From a virus, in IMG/VR virus record IMGVR_UViG_3300038336_000104, positions 1-47,742 of that record: a stretch of DNA of 47,742 nt, one strand, 5' to 3'. Position numbers and translations under genes: made by a program. Each line of letters opens with the position of its first letter. The first letter of the stretch is position 1. Below are positions 17,792-25,860 of this stretch, piece after piece. The notes under the pieces are model-generated. The model was given only the letters and a program-made list of their open reading frames with translations. It was not told where the DNA came from and ran no database searches.

Positions 17792-17872
17792 GCGTTCCCC
17801 TGCGGGTCAGGCTTTCCGCTATATCTTTCCCTGGCTCCACCAGGTAAAGGATGCCGCTGCAATCCTTAACGC
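17792..17872 (+). repeat. About 80-nt structured repeat element, copy 1 (second copy at 27571-27650)
   Basis: The 5' 37 nt match at 33 of 37 and the 3' 27 nt at 25 of 27. The central 16-17 nt differ, but both copies fold into a hairpin there. Confidence 0.85.
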
Positions 17873-17913
17873 GAAAATCTTCCTGGTAAAGGTTGTATTT
17901 CACATGAATTTTG

Positions 17914-17921
17914 TATGTTTG
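17914..17921 (+). promoter_or_regulatory. Candidate Bacteroidota-type -7 box TATGTTTG ahead of the late/head operon
   Basis: Exact TAnnTTTG match 43 nt upstream of the ATG at 17964. Confidence 0.4.
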
Positions 17922-17963
17922 CAGGGCAAGAAAGGTCGGCTTATCTGGGTTATACCAGAAATT

Positions 17964-18461
17964 ATGTCGAGTACAATCATTACAATCGATATTGAGGTAA
18001 AACCTTATCTTCGAAAATATCTTCTTTACAAATCAATAAACAAAACCTTTCCACTGCGTTTTCCAAACAGGCACGATTACAATCACATGCTTGTTAAGCT
18101 GGTTACTAACTATAACAGCCTTTCTAGTGTTCCAATTGCCGATAAAGAAAACGTGATGGAGTATTTCAAATCATCACAGCTGCAAAACGACAATAACGTT
18201 ACCATCATTCTTCCTTTTAATAGCCGGAAAGATATACGTTCTTACAACTATCTTTCGGTGAAGAGTAAAATACGGTTCCGGAAAGAAGTTCGAATCGACT
18301 TTAACTTCGAATTTTCAAGGGATCTGTTTCGCGGTTTAAAAGACGGCTTGCCCCGCACCGAGATCATAAATTTGTTTAAACGGAAGTACAATATTACTGA
18401 AGATGATCTTAAATCTGAGTCACTTTACCGGTTTTCTACACGAATGTTGCAGGAATTGTAG
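17964..18461 (+). CDS. Hypothetical protein, first gene of the head/packaging operon
   Basis: 165 aa from the internal ATG. The longer ORF-track start (17772) would read through the repeat element and the promoter box. Confidence 0.6.
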   Translation: MSSTIITIDIEVKPYLRKYLLYKSINKTFPLRFPNRHDYNHMLVKLVTNYNSLSSVPIADKENVMEYFKSSQLQNDNNVTIILPFNSRKDIRSYNYLSVKSKIRFRKEVRIDFNFEFSRDLFRGLKDGLPRTEIINLFKRKYNITEDDLKSESLYRFSTRMLQEL

Positions 18462-18536
18462 TGTATTTAACTGGTATTCTGTTTATTACATGCCATTATT
18501 TCTTTTTCTCACTTAATCGTCTTAAATGTCCGTAAT

Positions 18537-19049
18537 ATGCTCTCACAAAAAAGTACAAAACTGATACCTGTAATCACTAAAATTGCCTACCAATTGGCTA
18601 AAAATGTGATTTCAATCGAAAAACAACCTGCCACAGATAAGTATGTGGTAACCTTTGCTACAGGATTAAATTGGTTGCCGGTTTATTTTACTCCGGCATC
18701 AGCCAAATTTAAGGAACCATCCAAACGCCAGGATGCAGGGCTACTATTTACACAGAACTTAATGTTCAATGTTCCTGGAGAATGGGTGTACAATGCCGAC
18801 GAATTGGCCTTATTAAACGAATTGCCTCTGGTGGTTGGATTTACTTATAGCGATGGATCGGCAAAATTATTGGGTACCACCATTGTACCCGCTTATTTTA
18901 AATCATCGCCCCAAAGTGATGCCAAAGCAACCGGCGATCAGTTTCAGTTTATATGCGAAAGCATTAAACTTGCCAGGCAGCTTTACACGGTTGATACGAT
19001 ACTTTACCAGAATCAATCAGTCCTTTTGGATGAAACCCCCGCAACTTAA
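18537..19049 (+). CDS. Hypothetical structural-module protein
   Basis: 170-aa ORF immediately upstream of the protease gene. Confidence 0.6.
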   Translation: MLSQKSTKLIPVITKIAYQLAKNVISIEKQPATDKYVVTFATGLNWLPVYFTPASAKFKEPSKRQDAGLLFTQNLMFNVPGEWVYNADELALLNELPLVVGFTYSDGSAKLLGTTIVPAYFKSSPQSDAKATGDQFQFICESIKLARQLYTVDTILYQNQSVLLDETPAT

Positions 19050-19075
19050 TATTGTACTGTTTTTACGGTACAATT

Positions 19076-19987
19076 ATGGATGTTTCAAAATTTCTTTCTA
19101 AAATACTGAGCACCGCCTGGTTTTATCAGCCTCAAAAATTAATCGCTTATGGTTCTTTTATCAAAGGTTTGATGGATGGTACCATTAAGTTTGAAGAAAT
19201 AAAGCTACCGTTAGGCGCTTATGCAATTTCTCCAACAGGAGATAAAATGATGCTTTATGATTCAGAAGAAGTTAATGACAATTCAAAACCAGCATCCATT
19301 TTCGACCGCTTTCCTGAAAATTCTACTTTGATAATTCCTCTAAAAGACATTATGTTTAAAGAGGACGATTGGTGGGACTGGGGAACAGTAACCATTGCTT
19401 CCTATATACGCGAAGCTGCCGATCATGACAATATTAATGCCATTATTATTGAAACCGATTCGGGTGGAGGAACCGTCGATTCAATATTCCCGATTGTTGA
19501 TGCCATTCTGTATGCAAAAACAAAAAAACCGGTTATTGCCTGGGCCGATACCGCCGCTTCTGCCGCTTACTATAGCATCGCAGCAACGGATCTGATTATT
19601 GCTTCAAACAACATTTCAAGCGAATTCGGAAGTATAGGGGTAATGGTTTCATTTATGGATATAGCTCCCATGTGGGAAAAACAGGGTGTAAAATTCCATA
19701 CCATCTATGCTCCTGAATCGAACTTCAAAAATTTAGCATGGGAAAATGCCCTGAAAGGCGATTACAAATTAATGATGGAAGAAGTTCTTTCGCCATTGGC
19801 TCAGAAATTTCAGGCTGATGTTCGTGAATTCAGAGCCGGAAAAGTAGACATTACCCAAAAAGGCATTTTAAACGGACGCATGTTTTATGCCAACGATGCC
19901 ATTAAATATGGCCTTGCTGACGAAATGGGCAACCTTGATTATGCAGTAAAGCGTGCTATACAAATGGCCGCAAAAAGAAATAAATAA
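19076..19987 (+). CDS. S49-family (SppA/ClpP-fold) serine protease; prohead maturation protease
   Basis: IIETDSGGGTVDS...KPVIAWADTAASAAYYSIAATDLIIASNNISSEFGSIGV is the S49 peptidase signature. It lies upstream of the capsid gene. Confidence 0.85.
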   Translation: MDVSKFLSKILSTAWFYQPQKLIAYGSFIKGLMDGTIKFEEIKLPLGAYAISPTGDKMMLYDSEEVNDNSKPASIFDRFPENSTLIIPLKDIMFKEDDWWDWGTVTIASYIREAADHDNINAIIIETDSGGGTVDSIFPIVDAILYAKTKKPVIAWADTAASAAYYSIAATDLIIASNNISSEFGSIGVMVSFMDIAPMWEKQGVKFHTIYAPESNFKNLAWENALKGDYKLMMEEVLSPLAQKFQADVREFRAGKVDITQKGILNGRMFYANDAIKYGLADEMGNLDYAVKRAIQMAAKRNK

Positions 19988-20012
19988 TTTGTTTAACTAA
20001 ATCTTTTCAAAA

Positions 20013-22157
20013 ATGAATCCAAAATTAATCGCAACCTTGTTAATCGTACTTGGCTTCACAGAACTGGCTTCTGTTGATGGCAAAGTGGCGTTAACCAAGG
20101 AAGATGTTGGCAAATTGCAAGCTGAACATCAAAAAAAGTTTGGAGCTCCTTTAACCTTGGAAGGTTTAGCTTATGATGAAGATGGCTACGCTTCTTTCCA
20201 GGAAGCAGAGATTCTCTCCATTGAAGCTGCCCTGGCCAAAAAAGCTCCCGAGAAACCAAAATCCACAACTGAGGATCCTCCCAAGGTAGATCCGGTTATT
20301 GTTGTATTACAATCAAAAGTAAGTGAGTTAGAAGGAAAGCTTACGGCCATGGAAGTGGCTCAACAGCAAAGCCAGGCTACCATCATCAAATTAGGCAAAC
20401 AGCCTGAGGACGATGTTCCTCACGCCGGAGCCGGTACACCAAACAAAGCAGTTTTTATGCACAGCAAAACCCATTTGTTTTCATCGAAACAAAGTTTTGA
20501 TGCTTACGAAAATCGCCCGTGGAATGCGAGAGCTGCAAGCAATGTTAAAGTTGAGGCAACCGATTACACTCCAATGGACATTACCCAGCTTAACACCGAC
20601 CTGGGTGCCTATTACCGTGAAAATCAAACGGCCCTTATTTCATTCCTGCGGGCCAAAAACAGGCTGCCTGCTTTTTGGAACACCGTTTCAAATGTTCAGG
20701 ATCAGATTGCCTATGCAAAAGCCTTTACCGGCGAAGTAACCCAGGCACGCAAAAAGAAATGGTTACCAAAAGGTTCCTTCGAGTTTCAACCGGAGATTGC
20801 CAAAGTGTATCCAATTCAAATTGATATTACCATTCTGGGGTCTGAACTTCAAAGCATGGAAACAAGCTGGTTGAACCATTTGGAATCCATCAAAAAAGAA
20901 GGATCGAAACCTTACAAAATGAGTTTTGTGGCCTACCTGGCTGGCGAAATTTTGAAAAAAGCAGCCGAGGAAGATCAAATTGCTCACATTCGTGGAATTT
21001 ATATTCCAACGGCTGACAATGCTACCGTGGCAGGGTTATCTATTCACAAACAAAACGGTTTGTTGATTGGTATTAAAGCAGCCCAGAAACGCCGGGTTTA
21101 CATGCCTTACGATTTGGGAGTTCCCACCGAGGAAAATATCCTGGATTATGTAGAAACGCTCGTAAAAAGAATTCCTGAGTACTGGCGCGATATGCCGGGT
21201 ATGGTTCTTTACATGGCCAACTATTGGCGCGATGCTTATTTGAAACGCAGAGAAACCGTAAAAGGGCTCATGCCTACCTTCACCGAAGGTAAACTTACCG
21301 TTGACCTGCATGAAAATATTCGTCTGGAAGGATTGTCATTTTTGAATGACAGCAAATTCATGTTTGCAACAACTGAAGATAACATTTCGCTATTGGAAAA
21401 CATCCCTTCAGAAAAGAAAATTCTGAACATGGAGATGGACAAACGCGACATCAATATTTTTGGTGATTACAAAACAGGCATCCATGTTTGGGCCTATGGT
21501 TACGAATATCCGGATGGTGTTGATCTTTCGGATGACAAACAAATCTTTTTCAGCAATGATGTTGAAATTTTGCCTGATTCGTATGTAAACATTGCTGCTG
21601 ATGTAACCATTCCTTCGGTTCAGTATCACACATCGCTTCGTACCGGGGTTAACACCCAGGCTACCGCGATTACCGATATTGCTGATTCTGCCGTTGGCGA
21701 TTACATTTACATCATCGGTAATACAGGTGCAAATCCATCCACCATTGCCAATGCCGGTAAATTTGACCTGGATGCTGCCATTACCCTCGACGAAAATACG
21801 CTGATCCTTCTATACAAAAGAGGTGCTGCCGATTTCGTTGAAATCGAGCGCTGGGATCTGGCTCTTTCAAATGTTGTTTTCCTGGCTGCTGATGCTACCA
21901 CGGCAAACGCTGCCTCAGGTAAACACTTTGTCACTGCTGTTAACTCAGCGGCCACTGCGATAACCAACATCCTTAATGCAGTTGATGGCGACGTCTACCT
22001 GCTCGAAGGAGGTTCAGATACCAATGCCACAACCATTGCTCAGTCAGGTTATTTCAGCCGTATTTCGGCAGCTATGACCCTGGGTGCAGGCGAATGGATT
22101 AAAGTCCGTTTCAACGGTCTCAAGTTTGTTGAACTTGACCGCTTTGAAATAGCGTAA
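20013..22157 (+). CDS. Major capsid protein candidate with an N-terminal coiled-coil (scaffold-like) region and two C-terminal 74-aa repeat domains
   Basis: 714 aa after the protease and followed by a strong terminator. Coiled coil KVSELEGKLTAMEVAQQQSQ. The capsid assignment rests on position and general resemblance, not on a diagnostic motif. Confidence 0.6.
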   Translation: MNPKLIATLLIVLGFTELASVDGKVALTKEDVGKLQAEHQKKFGAPLTLEGLAYDEDGYASFQEAEILSIEAALAKKAPEKPKSTTEDPPKVDPVIVVLQSKVSELEGKLTAMEVAQQQSQATIIKLGKQPEDDVPHAGAGTPNKAVFMHSKTHLFSSKQSFDAYENRPWNARAASNVKVEATDYTPMDITQLNTDLGAYYRENQTALISFLRAKNRLPAFWNTVSNVQDQIAYAKAFTGEVTQARKKKWLPKGSFEFQPEIAKVYPIQIDITILGSELQSMETSWLNHLESIKKEGSKPYKMSFVAYLAGEILKKAAEEDQIAHIRGIYIPTADNATVAGLSIHKQNGLLIGIKAAQKRRVYMPYDLGVPTEENILDYVETLVKRIPEYWRDMPGMVLYMANYWRDAYLKRRETVKGLMPTFTEGKLTVDLHENIRLEGLSFLNDSKFMFATTEDNISLLENIPSEKKILNMEMDKRDINIFGDYKTGIHVWAYGYEYPDGVDLSDDKQIFFSNDVEILPDSYVNIAADVTIPSVQYHTSLRTGVNTQATAITDIADSAVGDYIYIIGNTGANPSTIANAGKFDLDAAITLDENTLILLYKRGAADFVEIERWDLALSNVVFLAADATTANAASGKHFVTAVNSAATAITNILNAVDGDVYLLEGGSDTNATTIAQSGYFSRISAAMTLGAGEWIKVRFNGLKFVELDRFEIA

Positions 22158-22163
22158 ACTAAT

Positions 22164-22187
22164 GTTCCCGCTTCGGCGGGAACTTTT
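22164..22187 (+). terminator. Rho-independent terminator after the capsid gene
   Basis: gttcccgc-ttcg-gcgggaac followed by TTTT. Confidence 0.85.
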
Positions 22188-22210
22188 AAACTCTTTAACG
22201 ATATACTAAT

Positions 22211-23026
22211 ATGAGCTATGTAAAAGTAAATGTCGCCCGTCCTGCAAAAGCCTCACCCGGCTCAGGTGGCGACAAAAAAAACAAGGTCACCATTGTTGAC
22301 GTTGCCGATATCCTCACACATCAACCCCGCGATTCAAAAGGAATTTTAATTTCAGGGAAACATGTGTTCAAAGCCGGAGCTTATGCCATCGAGTTGTACG
22401 TAACACCTTCTTCCATCGCCGCTAAAAATACCGGTGAAGGTGAAATTGATGCTGAAGGCGTAATTCAGGAGTTTGTATTTGCCCATCCCGGAACCGAACA
22501 GGAAATTCTTGAGTTTCGTGCCAACTGGTTAGGCAAGGATGTGTTGATTTTTGATGAAGCCTGTTCCGATGGCCGTATTCTTGAGTACGGTGGTCTATGT
22601 GCTCCGCTTCGCATGAAATTTGAAGGTACCGATGATAAGGATGCCAAGAAAACGGTATTCACATTCACGAGCACTAACAAAGGGCCTAATGTTGCTATTT
22701 ATAACAACACGTTAACCCTTAGTGATGTAACTACAACGGTTGCCGCTGATGCTACGTTTATCGATTTGACGAACGGCTCAGGCGAATATCAGCTTACCGA
22801 TAATACAATAGCCACTCAGATTACGACATGTTCAAACGCTTCTGATGGACTTGTATTTACCCTGCTCGGATCGGGTGGTACCAATCCTGCTTCAATTGTT
22901 ACTGGCGGAAATTTATTGCTTAAAGATGGCACTTCCTGGTCAGGAATTGCCGGAGCCACCATTACTTTTAAAGCGTTCAAGGATGGAGGTGCAACCTTTA
23001 AATATTTCGAGCTCTCCAGAACTTAG
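22211..23026 (+). CDS. Capsid-associated (decoration-like) protein sharing the capsid C-terminal repeat domain
   Basis: 271 aa. The C-terminal 77 aa align with both capsid repeats (AT.IT...G..NP.TI..G...F.E..R pattern). Confidence 0.6.
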   Translation: MSYVKVNVARPAKASPGSGGDKKNKVTIVDVADILTHQPRDSKGILISGKHVFKAGAYAIELYVTPSSIAAKNTGEGEIDAEGVIQEFVFAHPGTEQEILEFRANWLGKDVLIFDEACSDGRILEYGGLCAPLRMKFEGTDDKDAKKTVFTFTSTNKGPNVAIYNNTLTLSDVTTTVAADATFIDLTNGSGEYQLTDNTIATQITTCSNASDGLVFTLLGSGGTNPASIVTGGNLLLKDGTSWSGIAGATITFKAFKDGGATFKYFELSRT

Positions 23027-23060
23027 TAGTAGTCGCTTCGTAAGTTTATAATTTGGTTAA

Positions 23061-23095
23061 AGCCTGCCCAACGACAAAACCGGGCAGGCTTTTTT
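23061..23095 (+). terminator. Rho-independent terminator
   Basis: agcctgccc N12 gggcaggct followed by TTTTT. Confidence 0.85.
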
Positions 23096-23167
23096 ATGTC
23101 CTTTTGGTTTTTGCTCTGCAATTGCATATTTGTAATTTCAAATTGCAAATAATTAAAACCTTTAGTT

Positions 23168-24115
23168 ATGAAAGTAAATGAAAATCCAAAAGCCGCCATC
23201 CTCGATTGGTTTGAATCGGATCGTGACTTTGAAACCGGAAAACAATTGTATTTGCGCCACGGACGAAATCTTTCGTTTAAATCAACTCTTAACAGAGCGG
23301 GGAATACTCAAGCCAATTACAACTTTTTATGTTACGAATTGGCCAAGGTGGCCGGTATTCCTGAAATGGTTTACAAAACAATGCTAAAAACCGCTTTGGT
23401 TAGCTCAATGGCTCCTGCCGCCGAAAGTCAGGATCCGGGCAATGATGTTGTACTTACCATTGCACAAATGGCTGAACAAATCGAGTTGGTAGATATTACA
23501 ACTCTCGATTGGCCTCAGGTACAACAGTTGGCAGCCATGTTGGAAATTAAACCTGCTTCGCGCAAGAAAAAGGACCTTATTTCTGCACTCCAGGAAGCCA
23601 AAACCCGAAAGTTTGTATCCACCGTTCCTGATAACATCAAACGCTCCATTAAACTTCGTGAGGAATTCCCATTCCTAAAGCAGAAAACCTGCCCTGGTGT
23701 ATTGAAGGAATTGGTTGCCGATATGCTTACGGCCTACGATGCATACATCCAAGGCCACAGCAAACTGGTAGAAGGAGCCAGTGCGGAAGAAATTGCGGAG
23801 CTTTCCAAGTCGGTAGTAGAAAATTACCTGGAGAACCGCGAGATATGGGACGAGCTGAATCATTTTAAAACAACCGGTACATTGCTCGGAAAGCACCCCA
23901 TTTTCGACTGGATGAAGCGTAAAGCCGAAATTCACGCCATGAAGGATGCTGAATTGGTTATCTTGCGCGATCAGTTGAAAAACAAGATCCCGCGTACAAA
24001 AAAGCAAATCGCCGATGAGCCCGATCACAAAGAAACGGCTAAACGGGTGCAACGCGTAGAACAGTTTGAACAGGAATTGCTTGAGGTAAACACGCTTTTG
24101 GGCATTAATGAATAA
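23168..24115 (+). CDS. Hypothetical protein (C-terminal coiled coil)
   Basis: 315-aa ORF. Confidence 0.6.
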   Translation: MKVNENPKAAILDWFESDRDFETGKQLYLRHGRNLSFKSTLNRAGNTQANYNFLCYELAKVAGIPEMVYKTMLKTALVSSMAPAAESQDPGNDVVLTIAQMAEQIELVDITTLDWPQVQQLAAMLEIKPASRKKKDLISALQEAKTRKFVSTVPDNIKRSIKLREEFPFLKQKTCPGVLKELVADMLTAYDAYIQGHSKLVEGASAEEIAELSKSVVENYLENREIWDELNHFKTTGTLLGKHPIFDWMKRKAEIHAMKDAELVILRDQLKNKIPRTKKQIADEPDHKETAKRVQRVEQFEQELLEVNTLLGINE

Positions 24116-24710
24116 ACTGTTTTCCATCGGTGAATTAACCACAAAGTCAGATGAACATCCCGGGGAAAAATCGGCCATTCTCCGGGATAATTATCTGAGC
24201 ATGCATGAGATTAAACTCGAAAGTCTTAAAAATCTCAATGGCCGGTTACCCAATCAGGGTGAGTTCTTTGCCATTTGGACGTTGAAAAGCTTTAATGCTT
24301 TTACATTTATCCCTTACCTGTTGCACGAATGCGAAAAAATTGATTACCTGGTATTGTCAACCTACTCCATCAACCGCAGGATAGTAGATTCACTAATCAA
24401 GCGCATCGATCAGGGCAAAATTGGTCATGTAAAATTATTCATCAGCGATTCAATGAAACACCGGATGCCCAGGGTAGTGGATCACCTTACCAGCCTGGTA
24501 AATTCCAGAAACCAAATATCTATTCATTATGCCTGGAACCACTCAAAAATAACGCTGGTTGAAGCTGCAAACAACCACTACCTGATTGAAGGATCAGGCA
24601 ATTGGAGCGAGAATGCCCAATATGAGCAATACCTATTTTTTAATGATAAACGATTGTACGATTTTCGATTAAACTGTATCACTGATGGGCTTTATAAAAG
24701 ATCTGATTAG
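24108..24710 (+). CDS. Phospholipase D-like (HKD) nuclease-family protein
   Basis: WNHSKITLVEAANNHYLIEGSGNWSENA fits HxK...GSxN, with Glu at the usual Asp position and a longer spacer. The upstream part IDYLVLSTYSINRRIVDSLIKRIDQGKIGHVKLFISDS fits the PLD fold pattern. Confidence 0.55.
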   Translation: MNKLFSIGELTTKSDEHPGEKSAILRDNYLSMHEIKLESLKNLNGRLPNQGEFFAIWTLKSFNAFTFIPYLLHECEKIDYLVLSTYSINRRIVDSLIKRIDQGKIGHVKLFISDSMKHRMPRVVDHLTSLVNSRNQISIHYAWNHSKITLVEAANNHYLIEGSGNWSENAQYEQYLFFNDKRLYDFRLNCITDGLYKRSD

Positions 24711-24720
24711 TAAACCTAAA

Positions 24721-24990
24721 ATGAATTACTCAACCATCTATGTGAAAAGCATAAAGGATTGTATTGATATTCATTTTAAAGGTACTCATGATGATACAAC
24801 CGGATTAGGAGGGTCATGGTCATCAGAAGGATCTTTATTAAAGGTATACAAAGTTTCGAAGTACCTGGTTATTTCAAAACCTTTTAGCAATAAACCGATA
24901 CATGTTATTCAATCAGTTGAAGAATTAAACAACTTTATTAAAGAGAAATACAAAGTCGAATTAGAATGGAATTCACAGAAGAGCAAATAG
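24721..24990 (+). CDS. Hypothetical protein
   Basis: 89 aa from the ATG after the PLD stop. The ORF-track start at 24685 would overlap the PLD gene. Confidence 0.5.
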   Translation: MNYSTIYVKSIKDCIDIHFKGTHDDTTGLGGSWSSEGSLLKVYKVSKYLVISKPFSNKPIHVIQSVEELNNFIKEKYKVELEWNSQKSK

Positions 24991-25271
24991 AAGAAATTGA
25001 ATCCCTTGCCGGTATCAATTACACCATTAAGCAAATGGCCATGTATTTTAATATCCCAATTAAGGAGCTACAACGCCAATTTGATGATAAAACATCTGAA
25101 TTTCGATTTCATTATGATCGCGGCCAGCTCATTGCCCAGGCACAGATCGACATGGCAGTTCTTACCAGTGCCAAAGGTGGGAATACAACCGCCCAACAGC
25201 AAATTGAGAAAATTCGCGATGCCAGAAAATTTGAAAACATACGAGACCAACTGCTTTATGGAGATAGATGA
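24966..25271 (+). CDS. Small HTH protein, terminase small-subunit candidate
   Basis: 101 aa with HTH-like YTIKQMAMYFNIPIKELQRQF, two genes upstream of the large terminase. Confidence 0.45.
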   Translation: MEFTEEQIEEIESLAGINYTIKQMAMYFNIPIKELQRQFDDKTSEFRFHYDRGQLIAQAQIDMAVLTSAKGGNTTAQQQIEKIRDARKFENIRDQLLYGDR

Positions 25272-25860
25272 CAATAAATATGATGCATTGCTTTCGTTTA
25301 TCGAAACAGGTGCAGAAGGAGATCTTCCCACAGAAATGGTTGAATATCTTTCGACGCTGGAAATGATCCGTGGAATGCACATGCGTTACGAAAACCGCAG
25401 TGCCATCATTAAATTGCTACAGCTGCCACCTTATGCACTTTCTCCTTATCTGTCTAATAAGTATTACAGCGATGCCATCAATTTCTTTTACCTGGATAAC
25501 GCAATTAAAAAGCAAGCCTGGAGGAACATGTATGCCGAAATGCTTGAACGATCTGCCGAACTCGTTATAAAAACAGCCAAGACTTCCAAGGACCTGGATA
25601 TCTATAAAAACATTATCCTGGCTGCAGGTAATATGCGCCAGCTTAATGAAGCCGAACCTGATGATATCCCGGAAGAATTTTTCAAGAAACCTGTCAAGAT
25701 TTATACACTGGATCCTGAACTGGTTGGACGTACAAAAGCCAACAGATATGAATTAGCCAGGCACATCGATGGACTTGATATCCCTGAGCGTGAAAAATTA
25801 CGTGTGAAAGCTGATGCTATGATTGAGGATATTGATTTATTCCCTGAAGATGAAGATTAA
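25258..25860 (+). CDS. Packaging-module protein of unknown function (alternative small-terminase candidate)
   Basis: 200 aa from the ATG at 25258. Overlaps the previous stop by 14 nt and the terminase start by 11 nt. Confidence 0.55.
   Translation: MEIDDNKYDALLSFIETGAEGDLPTEMVEYLSTLEMIRGMHMRYENRSAIIKLLQLPPYALSPYLSNKYYSDAINFFYLDNAIKKQAWRNMYAEMLERSAELVIKTAKTSKDLDIYKNIILAAGNMRQLNEAEPDDIPEEFFKKPVKIYTLDPELVGRTKANRYELARHIDGLDIPEREKLRVKADAMIEDIDLFPEDED

Noticed and set aside
17559-17903. A 114-aa minus-strand ORF, together with 17198..17434 and 17659..17862, in the large non-coding region
   Set aside because: Their Tyr/Val/Lys/Phe-rich translations simply mirror the GTAC/TAC repeats and the A/T tracts. 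They run through the 80-nt repeat element and have no start context. I treated them as spurious.
17772-17963. The N-terminal extension of ORF 17772..18461
   Set aside because: The extension would translate the structured repeat element (..QAFRYIFPWLHQVKDAAAILNA..) and the TATGTTTG promoter box. The ATG at 17964 is preferred.
23675-24178. A 167-aa minus-strand ORF
   Set aside because: It is antisense to two tightly coupled + strand genes and has no recognisable motif.
24997-25257. An N-terminal extension of ORF 24997..25860
   Set aside because: It lies fully within the HTH gene 24966..25271 in another frame. The ATG at 25258 gives a compact arrangement.
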